Shown here: in pieces, positions 22,283-34,224 of the stretch | Layout of the letters: each line of letters opens with the position of its first letter | Numbering within the stretch: position 1 is the stretch's first letter | From: Alloascoidea hylecoeti | Lineage: Eukaryota | NCBI GenBank assembly: GCA_001600815.1 | Contig: BCKZ01000016.1 | Span: 237,077-301,076, forward strand | DNA: 64,000 nt | Direction of reading: 5' to 3' | Notes under the pieces: model-generated | What the model was told of the DNA's origin: nothing | The model's database searches: none | The model's input: the letters and a program-made list of their open reading frames with translations, nothing else | Program-made: the position numbers and the translations under genes

Positions 22283-25200
22283 TTAATTTCCAGGATCACG
22301 AATGTGCAATAATAATGAACCAAACATTCCCTCAATCTCTGGTGTTGCCTTAGTAAACTCTAATTCGAAGAATTTGTAATCAGGATTTTGTAATAATTCC
22401 TTGAAAATGATAGTTAGACCCCATGGATGGGGTTTGTTGCAAATAACTCTTTCTAATAAGACACGTGTAATCAGCTGTTGCATATCTCGCTGGTTGCTAC
22501 CCCAAAGTGCGTTAGAATTGAAAAAATTTAATAACAATCTAATGAACCAATAAGTGTGACTGTTAGGATATCGAATTTGATCTACAATTGCCTGAAACAA
22601 AAAGTATCTTCCCTCCACCGAACTTTCTTCGGCAATCCCAGCAAGAAGTGAAGCATAATTAGATTTACTTAGATCAGAAGTTGATACCTGTTTCGACTTA
22701 TCAACAGTTGCAATCATTCCAACATATAAAACTAATGCTTCTATAGCATTTGAATTGAAATTAACATTACTAAATCCTATTCCCGCTTCTTCTTTCTCAG
22801 TAGGCCATTTCAAACCGGAAATAATGTTTTTCAAAGTGACAGTAGATGGTGTCTTCAGGTAATTATCAATGAGTTTTTTGATTCCAAATCTTGATAAATC
22901 ATCTTTAGGATGAATAAAAATAATTGGATGGTCGGATATACCATTAATTTCTTGTAACTTCTCCACTCTCAATCCTTGGGTGAAGGGATCAGGCATTGAA
23001 ACATCTTTTGTAGGGAAAGCACTAAGAACCAAGTTTCGTAGTTGGATGAAAGATGGAGGCATAACAATACAAAGTTGATAATGGTGTTTAACAAACAACT
23101 CAGGATAATCATGGAGTATCAATAAAAACACTCGAACAGTTCCCTTATAGATAACACTAATAGCTTCAGAATAGTTTTTTCCTTTTATATGTGTTCTCTG
23201 AAATTTCAACAGTGATATTAACAAATTAACAAATAGAGGCCATCCTTTGGAATTTGGCAAGTCGAGCAACAACGGCAAAAACATCCTATGGGAAATGAGG
23301 GTAATCCATGCAAAGGTGAACCCAGGAAACAACAATGGTTGTAAGGAATTTAGAAAAACGGCCATAAACTTATAAAATTCAGCATCCAGTCTCGAATCAT
23401 CTTCACTATCTTTGAATTCCGTTTTCTTACTCAAACGTGCATTCCATTCGCATAAAATGCTTGAAAATATTCTAAAAAATGGCTTTTCGTTAAAAGTAGT
23501 ACCATGTATTTCATGTTCGTTAGCTAAAACCAGCGAAACAACAGTGGTGATTGTTCGCAAGTATGAGATCTTCTTCTTCGAATCATTGGTATCTTGAAGT
23601 TTAACGATAATAACAATTAACCTAGCTAATGCATCAAATGTATCATATGAATCGTCTGAAAATTCTCTATCGGTAATAACATCTTTTCGATAAGATTCGA
23701 TAGCCATCTCTGTGGCCACTCTAAAAAATATTGTCAAATATTCATTATCATTCAAAATATTATGTTCAGCTAATTGATTAACAAAAACAAGTAGATGTTG
23801 ATCTGTAACTGCTGGGTGTTGGTTGAGCTTTGTCCATTCAGCAAAAATGTAGATTATCTGTTCCTCTACGGAGCCTGAATAAGAGAGAGATGGAACCGGG
23901 GATTCATCTAACAATGCAAATAACTCTCTGATTTCACCCTGTAGCGCATAATTCTCAATATTGAGAAGATCCCTTAGTGCATCTAATCCAGCAATAAAAT
24001 CGGATCGGAAAGCACAAGGAGTATCCCTTAATACACATTCTCTGATTAAGTCTATGGTAAATTTAATTACCATTTCGGATGCATCCGAAATGCGTTTGGA
24101 TAAGTTCAAGTCAAACTCGGAAGCAGAAATCATACCGACTTTAATCAAAGAAGAAATAACTAGAGCGTTGAACTTGCGTTCATCTGCTGAGTGAACAAAC
24201 CACGAATTAACTTCTCTGTTTGTTAATGGTGATATACTGCAAAGCTTCTCTAGCAAAAAGACTAAAGTTTCGCGAGCCAATTGAGATTCTGAATTGGTGA
24301 ATAATCCATTTACCGTGAACTGTGCAGCTTTTAAGGTAATCTGCTCGCGGGCCTGAAGTTTATTGCATTGGTTGATAATTTGTGATAATAGTCCTTTAAT
24401 GCGATGCCCATCTACAATATCAATTAGGCTCTTTTCTTGACTGTCCAGAGTGAGAGTCACTAGTGATTCGATCAAGGTTTGAATATATACTGACGCTTGT
24501 TCTAGCATCAGATTTGCTGTAAGAACAGAAGGCGAACCTCGAATCGCATTTTCCGGACCAAAAGATGATCCGATTGCTCTTGGGGTTGGAATATCGGCGG
24601 TGTTCGCAGTAATGAGTTCATGTGGTACAATAGTTGTACCCGAGGTGGCACCTAATGTTAACATATCAGGTTGTGTACTAGAACTAATACGTTGTCTGCC
24701 AAAATTTTCATATAAGGAAAACTGCTGAGGGGTAAGTCCTCCAAGCTTCAGTCCGAGTGGATCAAGAAGTTGCAATGGGTACTTAGAGGTTAGTTGAGGA
24801 CTGTAGAATTGCTGGTTTGGTTGCATTTCGCGATGTCGACGGCGGATCGTAATTGATTGAACTAAAATTTCCTCTATATCCTGAACTGCTTTAGCACCAG
24901 CAGCTTTTTCAATCACATTAGAAATCAAATTAATGTTATCTCTAATAGCCATGGAAACCTCTTCTACAGGAAAATTCTGTTCGCCAAACCCATTAGCAAC
25001 CATCGCTGATCTTAAGTTTAGAACGATACTCTCCTTCAATGGATCTCTAGAAGTAGCCAATGCAAGGGTTTCCGCCAGTTCTCTTACAATAGCAAACGCC
25101 GCCTTTCTTAATTTGAAATCGTCAACCTCTAGTGCAAAGTCTTTTAAAACCAAGAATCTTGCTGAAACAATAGCAATCCCAACAGACCGTTCGACAGCAG

Positions 25201-28200
25201 GGGGTAAAATCTCCCTAACAGATTTAATAATTGTCATCTGAAACAACCTCTTCAACGCAGGATTTGTGACAAATGGTGAATCTCCAACAAGACTTGAAAA
25301 TGGTACTTCTCCAGTTCCGTTTAATGCTAATAGTTGTTCTGTATTGAGTCCTCCAGTGGGTACACTCACCTCATCTTCAACTTGCGGTACTCTTGTAACT
25401 TGTGGATTGATAGTCTGAGGAACATTGCGCTGTTGTGTTAACTGGGCTTGTTGTAACTGCTGGAGTCTCAAGAGGTCAGCATTATCTTGAGAAATAGTAG
25501 AATCAGTTATCATTGTGAAAGACGATGGCTGGATTTGGTCTATGTCCAATTTAGCCAGATCAGTGACAATCGAGTCACTGGCGCTAGAATCTCTGACAAG
25601 ATGAGATGCTTCGATGTCATTAAGATCGATGTTCAAAGTATTACATAGCACCTCAATCTCAAATGTTAAATTTAATTTCAATTCAGCATTATCGTAAAGT
25701 TCTTTCAATACCTGTAGGATGCCTAACAACCATGGATTGGGAGGTTTAAAAACTTTAGATGATGCACAGTTGTTTAATATCTTGCTCACAAAAGGAATAA
25801 CAGTGACTAGTCTTGATGTGTTGTAAGCTTCAACCAGTAGGTTCTTAATCGCAATATTTTGGTATCTGATCGGCTTATCTCGTGCAAGGGTCAAATTACC
25901 AAGCCAGGCACCCAAATTCTTCAGATGGCTCCTTTCAGTGGCGGAGTCAGACAAATCAGTTTTACCCAGAAGCTGAATAATTTGACCGTATGTGACATTG
26001 AGAACATGTTGCTCGAGTAATTTACTTCGAATAGATTCAACAACTTGTACATAAAGTTCGTGGTTGTTTGGTTCTAATCTTGCTCTTTGGCCAACAATAT
26101 ATAAGGCAAACCATTTGAAATATTGCTTCTTTAAGATATCTTTCAATTCTTTGGATTTTTCAGGTAACGTATTCAGTGACATGTTATTGACAAGAAATAA
26201 AACTCTATCATGAATATCTTCAGTGGGATCTTCCTGTGGGCAATCGTTGAGAATAATGTTACTGATAAATAAAGATTTGAATGGGTTCACAGACGTAGTT
26301 GGTCCTTGATGAGGATTTGAGGTTTCACCCCTAACATTAGAGAGTTCACTTGTCGCCGTTCCTGAAATAACATCCTTAACGAGTTGATGGAGCCCAGGTT
26401 GAGTAGACAAAGAAGGAATCTGCAGCAGAATGGAACAGTATTTTGGGAACTCGTTGAATCTTCTACTGAAGGCGAACAACGCTTGGACAGAAAACTTGAA
26501 CATATTGGAATCCGGTGGTTGTCTACATGATTCCAAAATAAATTTCAATGCAATAGACAATGCGGTTCCTTCAATTAACCGGAATGAAATAAGTGAGCCA
26601 AATAGTACAGATGTAGTTGCTAAGGCCTCAATCGGATATTCTGGGAAAAAACGATATTCGTCTAGCAATGAATGAATCATACAAGCAAAAACATCTTGAT
26701 CATCAGGACTATCTGACACTTTCAGTCTTTGAAGCATATCAATCACATCACGAATCTGGATTGCTCTGTTGTACATTCGTTGATAGCATAACTTCATTTT
26801 ACTTTCAATTTCGGGCGAGAATGAATTTGTGCTTCCATGTAACAAAATAGCATCATCGTGGCCATAACCAAAATTAATAAGCCTTGGATATGCTTGGAGG
26901 CATTCGGCTTGGACTGATGCCAATGTCTCAACTACTTCAGGGGCTGGTGATGATTGAGCAGAAGCCACTTTAATAATGGTATAAACAGATTGAACATCAA
27001 GATTTCTCTGCATTGAATTTGAAGGGGAAAGACTGCATTCATTGGTTGCCTTTGATCTCAAAAAATGAAGTGTTTGTAAAATGGCAACGGATCCAGATTT
27101 CTGGAAGGTTTTCGATAAATAAGATTCAAATCCATCCCAGTGTGCCAAACCAGGTTGTGATTGTTGATATTTTCTCATAACTGAGATTTTAGAAGCTTGA
27201 GTAGCAATATCAATCGCATTTGGAAAAATAGTGCATTCATCTAAAAAGACATCTACACATTTGGAATCAACAAGAATAGAAGCCAGTCTCATGGAAATAT
27301 CAACATTATATATATTGTTTATGCAGTGAGTCATCATTTCAAGATCTATTTGAGAAAATCTGTAAAATATTAATGAGCTATCGGGAAGAGTAATAGATAA
27401 TTCAAACAATTGTGTAATGATTCTTTCGATGACTGGTTTCCTGGGTTTTGGTGTTTTAATAGCACCCCAAAGTATAAGCTCGGGCTGAAGCTTAACACAT
27501 TCATCCAATAAAGCCGCATCTTCCATGGTTGAACAAGTGGTTTCCAAGAACAAATTACTAAATGATTCAAGATTCAGTAGCTCCTTTTCCATTTCAGTGA
27601 CAGTTGAGTTAAAGTGGGGGAGCGCCTTGATATTATCTTTAGTGATAACTTTGTCGACTTTTAGTGTAGAGATGTTGAAAAAGGTAGAATCCATATGGAG
27701 AGATTGTTGAACGATATGGAGAGATAAGTTATGCGAAAATTTTTTGTTAAAAAATTCATCCAACAGAATATTTGATTCGTCCAATCCAGCTAATAAATTA
27801 TAAAAAATAGTAAGCCCAGCAGACTTAGGGTATACTGGTCTACTCTGTTGAGAAGCTTCAAGATCAACTACGAAGGTATCAAGAACTTCCGACCAGTTTG
27901 TGGAGTTGAAAACTGTAGTTAGAGCTTTAGCAATAACTGACCCATCTAATGGAAGTTCATTGGTTGCATCTTGAGATGTATCCAATAGAATAAGAGTTTT
28001 GAATAAAGCAATGAAATCAGGAACGCCCGTTTGCATCTTTATAGGTGCGATCACCTCAATAAGTTTTTGAAGGTCTTTTGCAAAGAAGTTCCTTGATATA
28101 AGAAGAGTGTTTGTTAAATTGGCTGAGGGAGACATGGCTTTCAAAATATCAATCAGAGCTGATGGGTTCTCTAGATTTTGAGTTAAATTTTCTGAGAAGA

Positions 28201-29001
28201 CTAATAATTCTGATATATTAGTTTCTCTTTGTGGGGTGATAGATAGTAGGGTAAGATATTGAGTTATTAAAGTGTAAATTTCCGTTTGTGGTAAATTGAA
28301 ATTGAGTTCTACGGCTTTATGGAATAACGATTGAATAATTGATGTTGCTATTGAGTGTTAGTAAGAATTCAAAAACAAAACAAGAATCAGAACTTACCTT
28401 GTGCAGACAGAATAGAACTTGTTGAATCTAAAGTTGCTAATGACAAAATAAACCTTTGTTGGGACGATAAATGAAAATGATCAAAAAAAGCTTCCAATTT
28501 GAAATTCTTGAAAACGTCGGCCTCTGTCGTTGAGATTGCTTGAGAAAACTTGTAGGCTTCAGAGGGAGTGTTTGAAAGTGTCTTAATCTCCTCAAATAAA
28601 AGTTTCTCTCCTGGTATGAACTCTGTGAGTTTTGAAGGAGATATAAATATTGACCCAGTGTTGTTAGAGATTAGTCGGCGAAGATACTTAATATAAACTT
28701 CTGGAGGATTTTGTTCACAAAGATTATGAATTTGTTTAACAGTGACGTTCCACTTCTCTTCTTTGATGGTGGTTGCAAGTACTGCCAATTGTGCAATAAC
28801 AATGCGAGATAACTCGGATGATGGGTTGTTAGAAGAGGTATTACCGACTCCGGGGCTATTGCCGCCCGGTGGCGTCTGAGAAATAGATGTAGGCTGCAAC
28901 TGGAGAGGAAATCTAGATGATCCGAGAGTGATCCCTGTTGATGAGGACAAACGCGAGGAGGAGTTTTGTGATGGGGATAATTGGGCTGGGATTGATGATA
29001 T
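22283..29001 (-). CDS. CDC39: CCR4-NOT scaffold Not1; intron 28397-28348; start codon uncertain (near-cognate candidates ATA 29001 or TTG 28950; first ATG 28135)
   Basis: RIVIAQLAVL N-terminus, CLQAYPRL, DEYRFFPEYP, LKNLGAWLG, QIRYPNSHT, RVLLERVICNKPHPWGL. A 50-nt intron (GTAAGT..TACTAAC..TAG) joins the two ORF-track pieces in frame. Confidence 0.93.
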
Positions 29002-29134
29002 TTTGGAAAGATATTCAAGTAGTTAGAAGAAATTTTTCAAACTAAATCAGGTTTTGCAATATTATATCCCGATTTAATTCAATTTAAAATCAACTATCAA
29101 TATAAAGCAAAATATTTTGAATTTTCTTATTTTG

Positions 29135-29521
29135 CTATTCAGAATATGTGGATTAACTATTCATCAATTGTTTAATCAACCAGTGTTTAATAATAGTTTA
29201 CGTATCCTTCAGAGTATGAGATAGCGAAAACAATGACAGCACTATTGATAAATAAAAGATATGATATTGTGGTATTGCTTTAGCCAAAAAAATAAAGTGG
29301 TGAAAAAATTTGTAAGCCTAATATTACGGTTAGAGTCACGAAAACATTTATAAATTTAGCGAACGGGGACAGAAATTGCAGTCCTTGAGTTCCGACACAT
29401 GCACATTAAATAGTTAGTGGCTCGTGTAAGCTGAGGCATTGTCAAACAATTCTTTCCAACGTTTACTATGGGCGCATCATGTTCTCGGCAAAAAAAACTG
29501 ATCTTATTCAACAAGACATAC
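29135..29521 (-). other. Candidate 5'-UTR intron of NOT1
   Basis: Consensus donor AG|GTATGT at 29521. Candidate branch/acceptor GTTAAT..GAATAG ending at 29135; alternative TTCTAAC..CCCAG ending at 28986. Confidence 0.5.
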
Positions 29522-29708
29522 CTTGAAGTTATAAACAGGTTTAACAAAGAACCACGTAAGTGAGTATGTGGGATGATTGATGGTATAAGACGGTAATTGT
29601 GATCGGAGCGAAGTCGATGATTATGAATTCGCGGTTATTGGTTAGTGGCGAAGGGGTCGAAAGAACAAAATGACTAAGTTGTTCAAAAGTGAGAGAGAAC
29701 TGAAAGGC

Positions 29709-29715
29709 AGGGTAA
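29709..29715. promoter_or_regulatory. Reb1-like TTACCCT site, probable NOT1 promoter
   Basis: Followed on the minus strand by a pyrimidine-rich stretch typical of a transcription start region. Confidence 0.4.
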
Positions 29716-30725
29716 CCTAATCTACTTGGTAACCCCACCATGAATTAGAGAAGTCAACGTCCCTCAACAAGTTATGCTTAAGCTCTGGTATAATTTGAAC
29801 TGAAGAAAAGATAGATTAGAAACAATACAAAATAATGGCAGATGTTGTTTATGGGAAAAAGCAATTGAAAGTTTTAAATTTAAGTCAATTATGAAAGAAG
29901 ATTTAAAAAATCTTAATTGCAACTCTCAGAGTCTCACAGTGGATTGTTCTAGATTAGAAAATAGCTTTGAATAATATTGTGTTGTAGAAACCGGAAACAT
30001 AATAGGCCATATATTTGTAGTTTTAGTATTTAATAGAAATTGATATACAATTACCCGGTATATTGTTTGTGTAGGAATAATTATCATTACCCTTCTGAAT
30101 CTTCCGAATGGTCATATGGGTGTGGAGAAAAAAGTTTAAATTTAACTATTATATATCCAGTTACAAATTTACTTGTTGCATTTACTTGTTTTAAATGTAA
30201 CATGATTGATTATATCATGTCTCGAGAACATTTAAACTAAATCGAAACTCAGAATCAAATAAAAAAAAAACTATATATATAGCTAATATAATTATAATCG
30301 ATAACGGATAACCTAACGGTTGTCCTTGACTTTGTGAATGGGTAGCCCTAATTTTGGAAGAGTGAATTTTAAATTTTTTAATTATAGGTCTTCAACATAG
30401 CCCTATACCATGTCATACTGTACCGGTATATAGGTCTATAGCTAAATTTACTCTAGAGAACTTATTATCATAATTATAAGTTATAACGCATATTGCTAAT
30501 AATTACATAAGCTTATTATTAACAGTTAAACCGCTTATTTAGTTTGAACTCGTACATCTGACTAATGCTTATTCACAGTAAGCAACTACTAAGCATGATT
30601 TGTCACCATTGAATTATCTATTGTATCTTTTTAACAACTTGAATCATTAATCATAAAATTATATTGATATTAGTATATATATCGTCAAATAACTCATTTC
30701 ACTCTAAAATTGAATAGTTAATGGT

Positions 30726-31850
30726 ATGGGTTTGTTGTCTTTTAAGGTCCTTTTAACAACTTTAATTCTTACTTTTATGTCTTATATTTTAAAATCATTC
30801 ATGAACTCTTCTTTAACATCGACAATTACAATGAATCCAGCAAAAAGTGTTTCTTCCAGTGAATCCTATTCTACTTCCACTTCAGGTAGAACCCCAGTGT
30901 ACTTCTTTTCTCATGGTGGTCCAACTTTTATGTACGAAAACGATGAAATGGGCGATAAAGGTGCATGGCAGTTGATTCGCAAAATCGGTAAATTTATGAA
31001 GTCTACGATAAAGCCTGAAGCTATCGTTGTTGTTTCTGGTCATTGGGAGTCGACCGTTGAAAATACTATTCTTGTAGACTGTCCAGGTTCTAAGTCCAAT
31101 GCACCTGTTGAAAAGCTACTAAAATATTCACGTACTCCTGTATCAACACCTACAGAGGCCGACGAATTAAAACTGATCTACGATTTTTATGGATTCCCAA
31201 AATACATGTATGAAGAGAAGTTCATTGCCAACGGTTCTAGGAAATATGCAGATAAGGTTGTCGAGGCTATAAAATCGGTTGATTTAAATGCTAAAACTGT
31301 AACACGGGGTATCGATCATGGAGTTTGGGTTCCATTTAAGGTTGCTTTCCCGGACCAATATGACCAGAACAATTCAAAAAAGCAAATTAAAAACGTTAAT
31401 ATTCCAATTATTCAAGTGAGTTTAGGTTATAATTCTTCAATTGAGTGGCATTTCAAGGTTGGTCAGGCGCTAGGTAAATTAAGAGCTCAAAATATTTTGA
31501 TTATTGGTTCGGGAATGACAGTCCATAATCTTAGAGATCTAGGGATCGCAATGGGAATGGGTAAGCCAATGCCATATGTCTCGCAATTCGAGAATGAGTT
31601 GAAAAGATTGGTTGATTCACATCATGTTAATGAAGAAATGTGTTCTGATATTAAAGCCTTGCTTACGAATAAAAAGGAATTGTATCGTAAAGCTCATCCA
31701 TCTCCTGATCATTTTCTACCGTTTGTTGTTGCCGCTGGAGCTGCTGGAGAAGACTTTGGGAAGCAGTTATATACAAACAGCACTTTGAGTCTGGCCTGGG
31801 GCACTTATCAGTGGGGCGAATGGAAAGCAGGTCAGAATGTTAAAATCTAA
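30726..31850 (+). CDS. Extradiol ring-cleavage dioxygenase, LigB/DODA family
   Basis: FFSHGGP, VVVSGHWE, LIYDFYGFP, RGIDHGVWVP, IIGSGMTVHNL, AHPSPDHFLP. Confidence 0.92.
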   Translation: MGLLSFKVLLTTLILTFMSYILKSFMNSSLTSTITMNPAKSVSSSESYSTSTSGRTPVYFFSHGGPTFMYENDEMGDKGAWQLIRKIGKFMKSTIKPEAIVVVSGHWESTVENTILVDCPGSKSNAPVEKLLKYSRTPVSTPTEADELKLIYDFYGFPKYMYEEKFIANGSRKYADKVVEAIKSVDLNAKTVTRGIDHGVWVPFKVAFPDQYDQNNSKKQIKNVNIPIIQVSLGYNSSIEWHFKVGQALGKLRAQNILIIGSGMTVHNLRDLGIAMGMGKPMPYVSQFENELKRLVDSHHVNEEMCSDIKALLTNKKELYRKAHPSPDHFLPFVVAAGAAGEDFGKQLYTNSTLSLAWGTYQWGEWKAGQNVKI

Positions 31851-31929
31851 GTAGATACACATAGTCTTAAGAACATACAATGGATACATTTGCTAGAATT
31901 CTAGTATTATACTAATTATTATATAACGT

Positions 31930-31937
31930 CCGGGTAA
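31930..31937. promoter_or_regulatory. Reb1-like site CCGGGTAA upstream of TRR1
   Basis: Consensus match ~115 bp before the ATG. Confidence 0.5.
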
Positions 31938-32053
31938 TATATCTAAATAATCGAACATGATTTGTCATCCAAACCACCAAAGTCCCAATTGCAATAGCCG
32001 TAATAAATCTAGACGTATTACATATCAATAATATACTTACTACTATCGATAGC

Positions 32054-33019
32054 ATGGTTCGCAACAGGATTACCATCATAGGTTCTGGCCCTGCTGCCCA
32101 TACGGCAGCCATCTACCTATCCAGAGCTGAGATGAAGCCCACTCTCTATGAAGGTATGCTTGCCAATGGTATCGCACCTGGTGGACAGTTAACGACCACA
32201 ACTGAGATTGAAAACTTCCCTGGGTTCCCAAAGGCAATAAGTGGGATTTCCCTCATGGACAGAATGAGAGAACAATCCAAACAATTCGGCACCAACATCA
32301 TAACAGAAACAATATCAAAAGTTGATTTATCATCTAGACCCTTCAAACTTTGGACTGAATGGAACGAAGATTCACCCCCTATTATAAGCGATTCTATCAT
32401 TATTGCTACGGGTGCATCAGCTAAGAGACTAAATTTACCAGGTGAAGAGATCTACTGGCAAAAAGGCATTTCGGCTTGTGCCGTCTGTGATGGTGCAATT
32501 CCCATTTTCCGGAATAAACCACTGGCTGTCGTAGGAGGTGGTGATTCTGCTGCAGAAGAAGCATTGTTTTTGACAAAGTATGGCTCTAAGATTTTTGTTA
32601 TCGTTCGCAAAGATAAATTACGGGCTTCCAGTATCATGGCCAAAAGATTAACCTCCAATCCAAAAGTCGAGATCTTATTTAATACCGTTTCTCTTGAGGC
32701 AAAGGGAAATGGGAAACTTCTAAATGCACTTAAGATCCAAGATACCATTACAAAAAAAGAAAGAGATTTGAAAATAAATGGTTTATTTTATGCGATTGGG
32801 CACACTCCAGCAACGGAAATTGTTAAGGGGCAAATCGAAACAGATGAAGACGGATATATTAAAACCGTACCTGGTACATCTTGCACATCAGTTGAAGGTG
32901 TCTTCGCTGCTGGAGATGTCCAAGACAAAAAATATAGGCAGGCTGTAACTTCGGCTGGAAGCGGGTGTATCGCTGCTCTTGAAGCTGAAAAGTGGTTAGC
33001 CGAACAGGAAACCAAATAA
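32054..33019 (+). CDS. TRR1: Thioredoxin reductase (low-Mr type)
   Basis: IIGSGPAAH, GISACAVCDG, VVGGGDSAAEEA, FAAGDVQD..YRQA. Confidence 0.97.
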   Translation: MVRNRITIIGSGPAAHTAAIYLSRAEMKPTLYEGMLANGIAPGGQLTTTTEIENFPGFPKAISGISLMDRMREQSKQFGTNIITETISKVDLSSRPFKLWTEWNEDSPPIISDSIIIATGASAKRLNLPGEEIYWQKGISACAVCDGAIPIFRNKPLAVVGGGDSAAEEALFLTKYGSKIFVIVRKDKLRASSIMAKRLTSNPKVEILFNTVSLEAKGNGKLLNALKIQDTITKKERDLKINGLFYAIGHTPATEIVKGQIETDEDGYIKTVPGTSCTSVEGVFAAGDVQDKKYRQAVTSAGSGCIAALEAEKWLAEQETK

Positions 33020-34224
33020 ACTAAATAAATGCTAATTGGAAGCAATATAGCTATTTTTGGATATCTAGCTGTCCATGGACATGTGTTGGTTATGCAGCAT
33101 ATTTTATATTCTACAGAATCTACATCCATCTCCAAGAACTATTGAAATCCCATCAACTAAAAAATATATTTCTTTTAACAATCACAGTTCAGTGTTTTAA
33201 AAGAATTATATCCAAAACTGACACCAGATAGACGTTGTTGTAATGAAGTTTTTCAAATTATATTGTAATTTACCATCCCCACATAAAATTTATAAAACGC
33301 TTAGGAGATAAGCATTTAATTTCTTATTTAATGCCTTCAAATCATTTTATTGTATCTTATCTTACATTATATTTATAAAAGATTTAGGAGAATCAGCTCA
33401 GTATTGATTTTAACTCAAGGATAATTATAAATTATAATCTATTATTCACTGTAAAAGTCCGTAATTATTATTATAAATATTAATCCATGACCTCACTGTA
33501 ATCCAAATTTACAATCTCATCCAAAAAATTAATAATTTTAATTATCAATTATCAAACCCTATCAACATTATAAAAAATTTACATTGCAGAATCAATACTT
33601 GAACTAACATGATAAAAAAGTGATTAGAGATATAGAAAACATCCCCCTGATCCTCTAATATTTTATTTCTTCATCTTCAATATTGGTTATGCAGAATACA
33701 ATATGCGGCTTCAATATGGGTGAAGCCTTTACCTTAAATTGTTTCGAGGTGAGGCGACAGTACATGTATATTTAGTATATGATAATGTAATTAATCTATT
33801 CGAAGGGAAAACTGGCCCCGGTATGCATGTATACATGTAGGTCCTGTTTCTCTGACCATAAGTTCATAGCATAGACTTGTTCTCAACTTCAACATCTTCA
33901 TATAAACCAATTCCAGGATAAACTTTTAAGGGAGAAAAAAAAACTCTACCCAAGGGCCTATGCATTAAAACTTAGATTCATGACAGATAAACGATTATAG
34001 TGAATTGGGAAGATTTGTACCAATCGGAAACCCTATCTAAGGCTGATTACTGATCCATTAGTCGCACAACCTGCATTATCAATGTAGGCATCCATGAGGC
34101 TGTAGAAACTATAACCGTTTATAAGTCAAATAAAGTACGTAAGCTTATACTACATATATATAAATATTAATATCTCTATGATTGCATCTTCTTCATATCC
34201 TCATCATCTCCGTCCAAAAAAACG

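Noticed and set aside
31957..32053. Possible N-terminal mitochondrial extension of TRR1
   Set aside because: The upstream ATG is out of frame, and the in-frame upstream codons are not presequence-like.
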